From: Patescibacteria group bacterium
GTDB taxonomy: Bacteria > Patescibacteriota > Patescibacteriia > Patescibacteriales > UBA12465
Assembly (NCBI GenBank): GCA_041650775.1
Contig: JBAZKO010000001.1
Coordinates: forward strand, 65,259 to 129,258
Direction: 5' to 3'
DNA: 64,000 bases
The notes beneath the pieces are model-generated. The model made no database searches, was not told the DNA's origin, and saw only the letters and a program-made list of their open reading frames with translations. Both the position numbers and the translations under genes were made by a program. Shown here piece after piece: positions 1 to 9,858 of this stretch (position 1 is its first letter; each line of letters opens with the position of its first letter).

Positions 1-177
1 GGCGATTTTTTCCAGTTCTGCCTGGGAATTATCGCTACTGCCGTCGTTGATAAAAATAGCCTCGCACGGCCGACCGATTTTAGCCAACTCTCCTTTTAAG
101 GCCGCAAAAAAAGACGGGAGATTTTTTTCTTCGTTATGAACCGGAACGATTAAGGAAAGATAAACTTCTTGAGACAT
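1..177 (-). CDS. glycosyltransferase family 2, N-terminal fragment (start at 177, continues beyond window edge)
   Basis: Reverse translation MSQEVYLSLIVPVHNEEKNLPSFFAALKGELAKIGRPCEAIFINDGSSDNS; the SLIVPVHNEE ... INDGSSD pattern is the GT2 (DPM1-like) N-terminus. Not in the ORF track because it runs off the window. Confidence 0.6.
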   Translation of the reverse strand, partial: MSQEVYLSLIVPVHNEEKNLPSFFAALKGELAKIGRPCEAIFINDGSSDNSQAELEKIA

Positions 178-219
178 ATAATTATATTTAATCAGCCGGG
201 CTGAGAGACAAAAGACGAC

Positions 220-1509
220 TCACAGCTTTTCTTCACATTCTTCGCCGCTTTTCATGTTTTTAACCTTGTAAATTCCCCGGCTCGCCTCGTCTTCTCCGAA
301 AATAATTACCGCGTCGATTTTTTTCTTATTGGCCAATTCCAATGCCTTGCCGATTTTTTGTTCTTCCAGACCGGTTAGGACGTTAAGGCCCCGGCCGCGC
401 AGTTCGCGCGCTAATTTTTCGGTTTCATCCTTCAGTTTGTCCGTAAGCAAAGGCAGATAATATCTAACCGGTTGGTCTTTTACGGCTTGGGCCAATAAAT
501 TCCAGCTTTCCAGAAACAAACGCGTCGTCTCGTCTCCCGGCGCGAAACCGACCGCCGGAAAATTCTTCTGGCCGAAAATTTCCGCCAGGCCGTTATAGCG
601 TCCGCCGCCGAACAGGGCGCGATTATTCTCGGGATTATTATCAAAAACTTCAAAAACCAGGCCGTCATAATAATCGAAACCGCGAATGATGGCCGGCCGG
701 AATTCAATCCAGTCGCCGTAGCCGGAGGCCGTCAAACTCTTTATGACTTCAACCGTTTCCTTAAATCCCTGATTATTTTTCAAATCCGGCCAGAGCGCGG
801 CCGCTTCTTCCAGACTCCGGCTGGCCATAAATTTTTCCAAAATTAAAATTGTTTCCCGGCTTAAACCGCTGGCCGCCAGACGTTTCTTAATTTCCGGCGC
901 GCCGAGTTTATCCCATTTATCCAGTGTCCGGATAACGGCAATCTTTTCATCTGTCTTCAACTCGCCGGCACCGCTTAATACCAGAACCGCTTCAATCAAT
1001 TTTCGGTTATTAATCGCCAGCGTAAAAGAATTTTGCGGCGGATCGAATTCCAGCATCAGATCCAAAGCCAGGCGCATCGCTTCGATATCGGCGCTCAGCG
1101 CCTCACTGCCGAAAATATCGCAATTCAACTGCCAAAATTCCCGATTCCGGCCACGTTGGGGCTTTTCATTGCGCATAAAATTGGCAATGGAAAAATATTT
1201 CAACGGTTTCGGGCTGGCGCTATAAATTTTTGTAATCATCCGGACGACCGACGGCGTCATTTCCGGCCGAATACATAATTCCCGGCCGCCCCAGTCGGAA
1301 AAGGTCACTAGTTCCTTACCGCCGACGTCTTCGCCGCTCTTGGCGCGATAAACTTCGGCCGATTCGACTAGCGGCGTCAGATATTCCTCAAAGCCATAAC
1401 GCAAACAAACACGACGCCAAGTGTTAAAAATATATTTTCTAATCAAAAATTCCTCCGGCAACCAGTCCTGAGTTCCTTTCGGCTCTTGATTTGATAAAAT
1501 TTTGCTCAT
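220..1509 (-). CDS. hisS: histidine--tRNA ligase
   Basis: Class II aaRS motifs. PKGTQDWLP aligns to the HisRS IRGMNDxLP N-terminal motif; RPEMTPSVVR and GGGRYNGL are visible. I take the ATG at 1509 (MSKIL...), not the TTG at 1539 used by the ORF track. Confidence 0.88.
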   Translation of the reverse strand: MSKILSNQEPKGTQDWLPEEFLIRKYIFNTWRRVCLRYGFEEYLTPLVESAEVYRAKSGEDVGGKELVTFSDWGGRELCIRPEMTPSVVRMITKIYSASPKPLKYFSIANFMRNEKPQRGRNREFWQLNCDIFGSEALSADIEAMRLALDLMLEFDPPQNSFTLAINNRKLIEAVLVLSGAGELKTDEKIAVIRTLDKWDKLGAPEIKKRLAASGLSRETILILEKFMASRSLEEAAALWPDLKNNQGFKETVEVIKSLTASGYGDWIEFRPAIIRGFDYYDGLVFEVFDNNPENNRALFGGGRYNGLAEIFGQKNFPAVGFAPGDETTRLFLESWNLLAQAVKDQPVRYYLPLLTDKLKDETEKLARELRGRGLNVLTGLEEQKIGKALELANKKKIDAVIIFGEDEASRGIYKVKNMKSGEECEEKL

Positions 1510-1702
1510 ATTAGCATAATTAAAATTTCCGTCTAACAAACCGCCTGATTATTTTTAATTCTACTATTTTTATCTATTTTTCGCAAACTTTTTTACCTCT
1601 ATTCCCGACGGATTCCGGACTTTATTTTTTCTTTAGAAAAAATTTAATTTTTCTTAATCTTCGATTTTCTATAATGGGGACATTAATAATAAAATAATCT
1701 CT

Positions 1703-2383
1703 ATGAAAATCCTAATCATCGACGATGAACCGGCCATCGTCCAGTTCTTAAAAGACGGCCTGCAAGCGAATATGTATGTCGTTGAAACCGCGGCCGACGG
1801 CGAACGCGGCGCCTTTTTGGGCCGGACCGGCAACTATGACCTGGTCATCCTGGATTATATGCTGCCGAAACTGGACGGCGCTCAGGTCTTGGCGGAAATC
1901 CGGCGGGAAAAAAGGCATATTCCGGTCCTGATGTTGACAGTCAAATCAGAGTTGAAAGAAAAAAACGAAGCCTTCGCGCTGGGTGCCGACGATTATCTGA
2001 CCAAACCGTTCCTGTTCGACGAATTACTTTTACATGTCCGGGCGCTTCTAAAGCGGCCGGCAAAAACCGAAGGTGAATTTTTCAAAGTCGATAATTTGAC
2101 CCTGAACACGCGCAGTAAAATCGTTCGACGCGGCGGACGGGAGATTTATCTGACGCGGCGGGAGTTCGTTTTTTTGGAATATCTGATGATCAATCGGGGG
2201 AAAATAATTTCCCGCAACCAGATTCTGGAACACGTCTGGGACTATAACGCCGATCCTTTTTCCAATTCCGTAGAAACGCATCTGGCCGGTCTGCGCCGTA
2301 AATTGAACCTTAATAAAAACCGCAACCTGATTCATACTTTTACCGGCCGCGGCTATAAGTTGGCGCTGAATAAACTAGATTGA
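1703..2383 (+). CDS. OmpR/PhoB-family two-component response regulator (receiver + winged-helix)
   Basis: MKILIIDDEP...DLVILDYMLPKLDG receiver domain with the phospho-acceptor Asp context; C-terminal winged-helix (LTRREFVFLEYLM...GRGYKL). No histidine kinase anywhere in the window. Confidence 0.85.
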   Translation: MKILIIDDEPAIVQFLKDGLQANMYVVETAADGERGAFLGRTGNYDLVILDYMLPKLDGAQVLAEIRREKRHIPVLMLTVKSELKEKNEAFALGADDYLTKPFLFDELLLHVRALLKRPAKTEGEFFKVDNLTLNTRSKIVRRGGREIYLTRREFVFLEYLMINRGKIISRNQILEHVWDYNADPFSNSVETHLAGLRRKLNLNKNRNLIHTFTGRGYKLALNKLD

Positions 2384-2455
2384 CAAAATTATTGATATAT
2401 TTTAGGATAACCACAGTACTTCTTTAACAGTTCAGATCCAAGGAGGGATCCAGCT

Positions 2456-2710
2456 ATGTTACTTATTCTACAAATTATCTTAACGGTGGTCGCCTGGAAA
2501 CGGGGCTATAAAGCTTGGGCGTTGATACCGATAGTCGTCGCTGTTTCAGTAGGTCTAATAATCGGCGCCAATGGCGGAGATCCTGGGAGTGCTTTAGTTC
2601 TGGATATAATCGTCGGCGTAGTTCTGTTGCTGATGATCTTCCTGTCGCCGCGCTCTAAAAAAATAGAGCCGGAAAGTCCGGCCAACTCAGCTTCAATGGG
2701 GGCGGAGTGA
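2456..2710 (+). CDS. small hypothetical membrane protein (84 aa, 2 TM)
   Basis: Two hydrophobic helices; strong RBS aaggaggg upstream of the ATG. Confidence 0.4.
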   Translation: MLLILQIILTVVAWKRGYKAWALIPIVVAVSVGLIIGANGGDPGSALVLDIIVGVVLLLMIFLSPRSKKIEPESPANSASMGAE

Positions 2711-2760
2711 ATAACTGCTGTCCGCTTCAATCAATTAGTCTCTCAAACCAACGGTTAATT

Positions 2761-2797
2761 AAAATCATCTTTTTCGAAAAAGATGATTTTTTATTTA
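2761..2797. terminator. bidirectional rho-independent terminator between convergent genes
   Basis: Perfect palindrome aaaatcatctttttCGaaaaagatgatttt with T/A runs on both sides. The rarA stop codon (2791-2793) lies inside it. Confidence 0.5.
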
Positions 2798-3987
2798 AAA
2801 AATTTTCGGCCTTTCAATTTCTCCGGTAGGTATTCTTGATTCCTGTCATCTTGGAGCGGCGTATATTTATAATCTTTGGCGTAACCCAGATCTTTCATTA
2901 ATTTCGTCGGCGCATTCCGCAGATGAAGAGGCACCGGCAGATTGCCGGAAGTTTCCGCTTCTCTTTTGGCCGCTTCATAAGCGGTATAAGCGGCGATGCT
3001 CTTCGGCGATTTAGCCAGGTAAATAACGCCCTGAGCCAGATTGACGCCGCATTCCGGCAGACCGGTCTTATGGCAAGCTTCATAAACGGCATTGGCGAGC
3101 ATCAGCGCGCTATTATTCGCCAAACCGATGTCTTCGGAAGCGAAACGAATCAACCGGCGGGCGATATAGAGCGGATCTTCCCCAGCCTCAATCATTCGTG
3201 CCAGATAATAAATCGCCGCGTCCGCTTGGCCGCCGCGCATCGATTTATGCAAAGCGGAAATCAGATTATAATGTTCTTCACCGGTTTTATCATATAATAG
3301 ATTGGGCTTATTAATAATATTTTTAATCAATTCCGAAGTGATTTTTCCGCGCCGACTCTCCGTTCCGCCAGCGGCTTCAATGGCGCTCTCCAAGATATTC
3401 AAAGCTTTGCGCGCGTCGCCGTTAGCCAGTTTGGCGATCAAACCGCGCGTTTCTTCCGTTAATTTTACTTTTAATTCCCCGGCCGCTCGGTCGATAATAT
3501 TCTCCAGTTCCGGTGCCGCCAGCGCGTCCAAAACCACGACCTTGGCGCGCGAAAGCAAGGCGCCGTTAACGGCGAAACTGGGATTTTCGGTCGTCGCGCC
3601 GATAAGAATAATCGTTCCGTTTTCCACCTGCGGCAGAAGCGCATCCTGTTGCGCCTTGTTCCAACGGTGAATTTCATCAATGAATAATATCGTTTTTATT
3701 TTCAGTCGCCGGCTCTCTTTCGCCCGTTCCACCACTTTTTTTAAATCTTTCACGCCGCTCTCGGTCGCCGAGAATTCCACGAATTCCGACTTGGTTTCTT
3801 TGGCGATTATAAAAGCCAGGGTCGTCTTACCGCTTCCGGGCGGACCCCAAAATATCAAAGACGGAACTTTATCATTCTTAATCGCCGCATAAAGCCATCC
3901 CTTAGAACCGATTATTTTTTCCTGACCGACAAATTCCGCCAAACTCTTAGGTCGAAAATAAGTCGCCAGAGGCATATCTTTCAGCAT
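2791..3987 (-). CDS. rarA: replication-associated recombination protein A (AAA+ ATPase RarA/MgsA)
   Basis: FRPKSLAEFVGQE N-terminus; Walker A GPPGSGKTTLA; Walker B ILFIDEIHR; MgsA C-terminal helical region. Confidence 0.85.
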   Translation of the reverse strand: MLKDMPLATYFRPKSLAEFVGQEKIIGSKGWLYAAIKNDKVPSLIFWGPPGSGKTTLAFIIAKETKSEFVEFSATESGVKDLKKVVERAKESRRLKIKTILFIDEIHRWNKAQQDALLPQVENGTIILIGATTENPSFAVNGALLSRAKVVVLDALAAPELENIIDRAAGELKVKLTEETRGLIAKLANGDARKALNILESAIEAAGGTESRRGKITSELIKNIINKPNLLYDKTGEEHYNLISALHKSMRGGQADAAIYYLARMIEAGEDPLYIARRLIRFASEDIGLANNSALMLANAVYEACHKTGLPECGVNLAQGVIYLAKSPKSIAAYTAYEAAKREAETSGNLPVPLHLRNAPTKLMKDLGYAKDYKYTPLQDDRNQEYLPEKLKGRKFFK

Positions 3988-4025
3988 ATCAACATTCTAA
4001 TCCTTTTTTAGAGTTAATAAAACTA

Positions 4026-4054
4026 TTGACAAAATAGACTAATAATGATTAAAT
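4026..4054 (+). promoter_or_regulatory. putative sigma70-type promoter for the 4104 gene (TTGACA-17-TTAAAT)
   Basis: TTGACA at 4026-4031, 17-nt spacer, TTAAAT at 4049-4054, about 50 nt upstream of the ATG. Confidence 0.3.
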
Positions 4055-4103
4055 ATGGTCAGAACTTTGATAACCGAAAAGTATAAATTAAAATAAATCA
4101 GAC

Positions 4104-4595
4104 ATGGAAAAATTAAAAAAATCAGAAAAAATTTTGACGCGTGGCGCAAAGTATTTCCTTGATGCCCTTAACGCCGTCATCGCGACTCTCTGCTGTCCCC
4201 GGCTCTGGCAATCGCTTTTGATTGTCGCAATTTATTACGGCGCGTTCTACTGGGTCAGTCGATATTTTAGCCTAAAAGAAGCCGTATTAATCTATTATAT
4301 CCTGGGTCTTCTGGCTTATTTGACAATTAACGCGCTGATTCTGAAAGGACATCCGCTGATTATCGCGCTCTTTCTGGCCTTCACTATCATCATGATAATT
4401 TTTTCTTTCTTCGGCTGGGCTCTCCATTTGTTTAGCTTCTTCCAAAAAATTTTCGGAGAGACGGCTCAGATAATCTTCGACTGGCCGGCTTTGATTTCCT
4501 CCTTCATACTGCTAGCCTTAGCCGGCATAAACGTTATCATAATATATGAGAATGAAATGGAAAAATTTAATAGCCGCCACCGAACAATCGATTAA
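4104..4595 (+). CDS. hypothetical polytopic membrane protein
   Basis: 163 aa with 4 predicted TM helices. No recognisable motif. Confidence 0.4.
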   Translation: MEKLKKSEKILTRGAKYFLDALNAVIATLCCPRLWQSLLIVAIYYGAFYWVSRYFSLKEAVLIYYILGLLAYLTINALILKGHPLIIALFLAFTIIMIIFSFFGWALHLFSFFQKIFGETAQIIFDWPALISSFILLALAGINVIIIYENEMEKFNSRHRTID

Positions 4596-4612
4596 AAAAC
4601 CAAAAAACAATC

Positions 4613-4646
4613 AAAAAACCCTCGCCACAACGAGGGTTTTATTCTT
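4613..4646. terminator. bidirectional rho-independent terminator ending the long minus-strand efflux operon
   Basis: aaaaaaCCCTCGccacaaCGAGGGttttatt: 6-bp GC stem with A-run and T-run flanks. The permease stop codon (4639-4641) is inside the U-tract. Confidence 0.55.
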
Positions 4647-5898
4647 TCCGCAAAGCTTCGATCGGATCCATCTTCGCCGCCCGTCGCGCCGGATAGACGC
4701 CGAAGAACAAACCGAAACCGAAAGCAAAAATCAAAGAGACAATGAACGCTTTCAGCGGAACCTTAAATGCCCAGGCAAAACCGAGAGCGCCAGCGGCAAC
4801 GGAAATCAACCAGGAAAACAAAACGCCGAAAAAAATTCCGATCAACGCGCCGAGAAAAGTTATCAAGATCGCTTCGACTAAAAACTGCGTCATGATATGG
4901 TGATAGTTGGCGCCGACCGCTTTGCGCAAACCGATTTCCGCTGTCCGTTCGCTAACGATGACATACATGATATTCAAAATTCCCACGCCGCCGACCAAAA
5001 GAGAAATCGCCACTATGGCCAACAAGAGCCAGGTTAAAGCATTAGTGACCACATCAAGCATATCCATCATATCTTCCATCGTCGAAACCCGAAAATCGTC
5101 GCGATCCGGGTCGGTGATGTCATGATTTTCCCGGACGACGCGTCGAATTTCCTCCGCCGTATCGGCCGCCAATTTCGGATCGGAGAATTGATGAATCATA
5201 TACATCAGATAATCGATCCCCATGATTCTCTTCTGCAGAGTTCTAATCGGCACGTAAACATAATCATCGAAATCCATGCCCATTGTCGCGCCACGGGATT
5301 TCATCACTCCGATTACTTTGAATTTAGCCCGTCGGATACTGACATCTTTGCCCAAAGCGTCGGAGTCGCCGAATAATTTTTCTTTCATCTTACTTCCTAA
5401 AACCGCGACTTGGGCCAAAGACCGATCGTCGTCGTCGCTGAAAAAAACCCCTTCAGCGACCTCACTTTTGTCGATATCCGGATAACTGGCGCTCAAACCC
5501 ATAAGATAAGCTTTACGGGAATCATTTCCGAAACTCACTTTTTCCTGCGCCATGACCGCGCCGTAACCGTCTGTAATGTTAGGAATTTTCTTAACATCTT
5601 CCATGTCCTCCAGAGTCAGGGTCGTCACCTGCACGCCTTCAACCATCGCCATCGAACTCTGACTGTCATTCGCCGTTCCCTTCTTAGAATTCAGGACTTT
5701 AATTTCCGTCTGGATTATATTGGTGCCGAAAGATTCGAGTTGATCGACCATTAGCCCTCTTATTCCCTCGCCCGCGGAATAAACAATAATGACGCTGGCG
5801 ATGCCGATCATCACGCCGAGTACGGTTAAAAGCGTCCGCAACTTGTTGGCGTTCATTGAGCGCAGGGCGATTTCCACGGCGAGAATAATATTATTCAT
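4639..5898 (-). CDS. ABC transporter permease, FtsX/MacB-type (second of two tandem paralogs)
   Basis: N-terminal TM, large extracytoplasmic domain, three C-terminal TMs with the FtsX signature (RTREIGIRKAVGA-like: ERTAEIGLRKAVGANYHHI). Overlaps the upstream permease by 8 bp. Confidence 0.8.
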   Translation of the reverse strand: MNNIILAVEIALRSMNANKLRTLLTVLGVMIGIASVIIVYSAGEGIRGLMVDQLESFGTNIIQTEIKVLNSKKGTANDSQSSMAMVEGVQVTTLTLEDMEDVKKIPNITDGYGAVMAQEKVSFGNDSRKAYLMGLSASYPDIDKSEVAEGVFFSDDDDRSLAQVAVLGSKMKEKLFGDSDALGKDVSIRRAKFKVIGVMKSRGATMGMDFDDYVYVPIRTLQKRIMGIDYLMYMIHQFSDPKLAADTAEEIRRVVRENHDITDPDRDDFRVSTMEDMMDMLDVVTNALTWLLLAIVAISLLVGGVGILNIMYVIVSERTAEIGLRKAVGANYHHIMTQFLVEAILITFLGALIGIFFGVLFSWLISVAAGALGFAWAFKVPLKAFIVSLIFAFGFGLFFGVYPARRAAKMDPIEALRKE

Positions 5899-7138
5899 AA
5901 CTTAAAGCTTCGACCGGCTCCAACTTGCTGGCCTTGCGGGCTGGATATAAGCCAAAAATCAAACCGATTAAAGTCGAAACTGACAGAGCCAAGGCGATTG
6001 AAGAAAAAGTGACGACAAAACTATAATGATACCCCAGACTATTGACGATGATAAAAATCAGCCAGGACAACAGGACCCCGAAAATAACGCCGATAGCCCC
6101 GCCGGTTAAAGTCAGGGTGACAGCTTCGATTAAAAATTGAAAAATTATATTTAAATTATTGGCACCGACCGCTTTGCGCAAACCAATTTCTCTGGTTCTT
6201 TCATTGACGCTGATAAGCATGATGTTCATGATGCCGATGCCGCCGACAATCAGGGAAATCGCGGCCATCGCCGCCAAAAAATATTTCAAAGCGTTGGTAA
6301 TAGTCATTATCATATCAAGCGCCTGAGCCATACTGCGAACCGAAAAATCATCGTCTTGTCCACTCGGGTCAGTGATATCGTGGCGGACGCGCAGAATAGC
6401 GGTGACATCGGCCATCACCTGGTCGATGTTCTTTTCACTATCGGCTTTCACCCGGATAAAACTTAAATGGTTTACGCCGTTGATTAATTTCTGGGTGGTC
6501 TTGAGCGGCAAATGGATCTGGTCGTCATAATCGACAAAAGTTACTTTACCTCGCGGTGCCATAACGCCGATTACCTCGAAAGACTGTTTCTTGATTCTTA
6601 TCTGGCGACCGATAGCGTCGGAATCGCCGAAGAGTTCTTTCTTGACCGTATCGCCCAAAACCGCCACTTTCGCCATATCCTGATCTTCTTCCGCGGTAAA
6701 AAACCGTCCGGAAGCGACTTCGCCTCCTTCCACTTTCAGATAATCCGTCGAACAGCCGTTAATATTGGTTTCATAACTGTTCTCGCCCCAACTGGCTGTC
6801 GCCATACCGCGGGAATAACCGACGGCGCCATCAATATTAACCGCCTGCTTGCGAATCGCTTCCAAATCATCATTGATTAAAGTAGTTATCTGCACGCCCA
6901 TGACCGAAGCCGGCGGTCCGTCGCTTTCCGACTTCCCCGGCAAAACACCGACTAAGTTACTGCCCAACCCTTTGACCTGATCCAAAATCAGACTCTGCGC
7001 GCCCGCGCCCAAGGAGATAATCAAAACGACCGCGCCGACGCCGATGATGATTCCCAACATCGTTAAAAAACTTCTAGCTTTTTTAGATAGAAGTGCGGTA
7101 AAAGAAATCCGGATGGCTTGGCTGATGGGCAGGCGCAT
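5891..7138 (-). CDS. ABC transporter permease, FtsX/MacB-type (first of two tandem paralogs)
   Basis: Same architecture (ERTREIGLRKAVGANNLNI). A LolC/LolE-like pair sharing one ATPase. Confidence 0.8.
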   Translation of the reverse strand: MRLPISQAIRISFTALLSKKARSFLTMLGIIIGVGAVVLIISLGAGAQSLILDQVKGLGSNLVGVLPGKSESDGPPASVMGVQITTLINDDLEAIRKQAVNIDGAVGYSRGMATASWGENSYETNINGCSTDYLKVEGGEVASGRFFTAEEDQDMAKVAVLGDTVKKELFGDSDAIGRQIRIKKQSFEVIGVMAPRGKVTFVDYDDQIHLPLKTTQKLINGVNHLSFIRVKADSEKNIDQVMADVTAILRVRHDITDPSGQDDDFSVRSMAQALDMIMTITNALKYFLAAMAAISLIVGGIGIMNIMLISVNERTREIGLRKAVGANNLNIIFQFLIEAVTLTLTGGAIGVIFGVLLSWLIFIIVNSLGYHYSFVVTFSSIALALSVSTLIGLIFGLYPARKASKLEPVEALSYE

Positions 7139-7145
7139 GAAAAAA

Positions 7146-7859
7146 TTATTTTAATAGCTCCCCGTCGCGGGCAAAACGGCGATGTTCGATTCTTCTATCG
7201 CTGACAATCAGGCCATCTTTGAGCTTAATGACCCGCTTGGCGTGTTCGGCCGTATAAGTTTCATGAGTGACTAAGATAATCGTATTACCCTCATCATTCA
7301 GTTTTTGTAAAATTTCCATAATCTGGATGCCGGATTTGGAATCCAGATTCCCGGTCGGCTCGTCGGCAAAAATTACCGAGGGTTGGTTAACCAAAGCGCG
7401 GGCGATAGCCACGCGCTGTTTTTCACCGCCCGAAATCTGGTTGGTATAGTAATCCAAACGATGCCCTAAGCCGACGCTTTCCAACACCTCCTTGGCCCGT
7501 TTATTCGGGTCTTTTTTATTTTCCGAGTAAACCAGAGGAAGTTTGACGTTTTCTAGCACCGTCGTCCGCGGCAAAAGATTAAAGGCCTGGAAAACAAAAC
7601 CGATTTTTTTATTGCGCAGTTTGGCCAGTTGTTCTTCGTCCAGATGCGTGACATCTTTCCCCTCCAATAAATATCGTCCGGTAGTCGGACGATCCAATAA
7701 GCCGAGAATATGCATCAGGGTCGATTTTCCCGAACCGGACGGCCCCATGATGGAAACGAATTCGCCGCGTTCAATGTCAAAATTCAAGCCGTGCAGGACG
7801 GAAGTTACGACCTCGTCGCTCAGATAATCTTTATGCAAATCCTTAATGCTAATTAACAT
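7146..7859 (-). CDS. ABC transporter ATP-binding protein (MacB/LolD family)
   Basis: Walker [10 protein letters not shown]; signature [15 protein letters not shown]; Walker [13 protein letters not shown]; H-loop. Confidence 0.9.
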   Translation of the reverse strand: MLISIKDLHKDYLSDEVVTSVLHGLNFDIERGEFVSIMGPSGSGKSTLMHILGLLDRPTTGRYLLEGKDVTHLDEEQLAKLRNKKIGFVFQAFNLLPRTTVLENVKLPLVYSENKKDPNKRAKEVLESVGLGHRLDYYTNQISGGEKQRVAIARALVNQPSVIFADEPTGNLDSKSGIQIMEILQKLNDEGNTIILVTHETYTAEHAKRVIKLKDGLIVSDRRIEHRRFARDGELLK

Positions 7860-7883
7860 AATTTATTTAGGAATCCTTATAAT

Positions 7884-9797
7884 TTATTTGAGAGTTTTCA
7901 CGAAGGTGACGATTTTCTGCCCCTCCGCCAGGCCGTCGCCGTTTATTTCCAACATCCCTTCGTTGCCGCTCAATCCGGTTTCCACTTTTATTTCCCGTAA
8001 GACATCTCCGGTCTCCAGAACGCGCACGAATTTTCCGGCGCCATTCTTATCGACGATCGCCCGTGCCGGAATCATAAAAATGTCGTCTTTCCGGTTAGTC
8101 GTGATTATCGCGTTAGCGGTCATACCGGCCTTGAGGTCTTTTAAATTTTCCGGCGCGTCGGTCAGATTTATTTTTACCTTATAATATATAACGTCTTGAA
8201 TAATGGTTGAGGCCGGTTCAATCGAATAAACCGAACCGCTGAATTTACGCGCTTCACCGAAAGCATCAAAGGTAATTATCGCCTGATCGCTCATCTTTAC
8301 TTTAGAAATGTCCGCTTCGGAAATATCCACTTCCACTTCAAAATTATTTTCCGTCAACATTGCCAGCGCCGCTTTCGTGCCGACCTGCTCGCCGATTTCA
8401 TAGTTGATTTTCGATACCTGGCCGTCAATCGGAGCGATAATCTGGCTGTCGGTTTCCTGCTTGCGGATCAAATCAAGATTGGACTGCGCCTGATCGAGCT
8501 GGGCTCTGGTTAAAGCGATATCTTCGGTCCGGGCCGGACTTTTAATCTTGGCCAGTTGCTTATCGGCGACGCTCCAGGCTTCTCGCGCCGCTTCCGCTTT
8601 CGCCTCCGCCGTCGTTTGCTGTGATTCGCCATTCAATTTGGCGGAATTATAAGCGTTGCGGGCAGACTGTAAAGCGTCGGTTAAATTCACTTGCGCCGCG
8701 GATAAAGTATCGGTCGCGACGGCAACATTATTTTTATAGGCTAAAACTGCGTCGCGATAAGTATAATCGGCCGTCTGAATAGCGCTCACGCCGGTATTAA
8801 CGACCGTTAGATTAGTGCTGATATTGGTTTTATAGGAATCCAAAATAGTCTGGGAAACAACGGAAGAAACGACACTATTTTCCAGGGAACTAAAACAACT
8901 GTTTAAAGTCTTATAAACATCATTTAAATAAGCCAAAACCGCGGCCGTCAAACTTTTCAGGTTGTTTTCGCTGGCTTCGGCTTGCGCCGCCAGTAAAGCG
9001 TTATTCGCCTCGATCTTCAAAGGAGCCGCGGCGTCGTAATATTTTTTAGTGTCGTTCAAAGAAGCATAATTCTTAACGCTGAAAACCTTTTCCAAATCGT
9101 CGTCGTCAAGCAGGCGGTTGACATAATCCAGGGCGGAATTGGCGCTGGAAATTTTAGCCGCCGCGGTCGTCAATAAACTGTCGCGACTATTATTGACGGT
9201 CTGCTGAGAATTGCTTTTAACATTATCCAGATTAGTCTGGGCAGTTGAAACCGCTTGTTCCAGCGGTGTGACATTAGAACTGTCGGCGGATTCAAGATCG
9301 GCCAATTTTTTGGCGGCCTGCTTTAAATTTTCCGTTACCAGTGCTTTCGTTTTATCCAGATCGGTCAAAGCGGCCTTATAAGAAGTTCTGGCCTGGTTAG
9401 CCTGAGCTTCGGCAATAGCAATATCCTGAGTCGTCGCTCCTTTCAGCAATTTATTTAGATTGGCCGCGGCCACCTCTAAACTGGAGGAGGCCTCCTTTTC
9501 CTTGATTGCCAGCGAACTTAAATCCAACTCCGCCAATATCTGGCCCTTTTTAACCAATTCGCCGACCTTAACGGCAATCCGATTAACCGCGCCGGCGGCG
9601 GCGAAATTTAATTCCATTTCTTTATTAGCCTTAATCGTTCCAACTTCGGATACGGTTTGGATCATGGTTCCTTTTTTTAGTTCGACCGTCGTATACTCCA
9701 CCTGCGGTTTCTTTTTGGCGGTCAAAGCGAAAATCACGGCTAAAACAACAATGATTATTGCGGCGATCAGCCACTTTTTTTTCTTTTTCTTTACCAT
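7884..9797 (-). CDS. HlyD-family periplasmic adaptor (membrane fusion protein) with a very long coiled-coil hairpin
   Basis: N-terminal TM anchor. Split biotin-lipoyl-like halves (VKVGELVKKGQILAELD ... IIAPIDGQVSKINYEIGEQV) separated by about 380 aa of A/S/L/N/Q-rich heptad sequence. C-terminal beta-barrel/MP domains. Confidence 0.75.
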   Translation of the reverse strand: MVKKKKKKWLIAAIIIVVLAVIFALTAKKKPQVEYTTVELKKGTMIQTVSEVGTIKANKEMELNFAAAGAVNRIAVKVGELVKKGQILAELDLSSLAIKEKEASSSLEVAAANLNKLLKGATTQDIAIAEAQANQARTSYKAALTDLDKTKALVTENLKQAAKKLADLESADSSNVTPLEQAVSTAQTNLDNVKSNSQQTVNNSRDSLLTTAAAKISSANSALDYVNRLLDDDDLEKVFSVKNYASLNDTKKYYDAAAPLKIEANNALLAAQAEASENNLKSLTAAVLAYLNDVYKTLNSCFSSLENSVVSSVVSQTILDSYKTNISTNLTVVNTGVSAIQTADYTYRDAVLAYKNNVAVATDTLSAAQVNLTDALQSARNAYNSAKLNGESQQTTAEAKAEAAREAWSVADKQLAKIKSPARTEDIALTRAQLDQAQSNLDLIRKQETDSQIIAPIDGQVSKINYEIGEQVGTKAALAMLTENNFEVEVDISEADISKVKMSDQAIITFDAFGEARKFSGSVYSIEPASTIIQDVIYYKVKINLTDAPENLKDLKAGMTANAIITTNRKDDIFMIPARAIVDKNGAGKFVRVLETGDVLREIKVETGLSGNEGMLEINGDGLAEGQKIVTFVKTLK

Positions 9798-9858
9798 ATA
9801 TCTGATTTTAAGCGTTTATTTTAGATTTATTATATTATAGCACGAAACGGTCGAAAAT

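Noticed and set aside
220-1539. TTG-initiated extended hisS start used by the ORF track
   Set aside because: Alignment of the PKGTQDWLP motif to the HisRS N-terminal consensus favours the ATG at 1509. The extension adds 10 residues with no homology.
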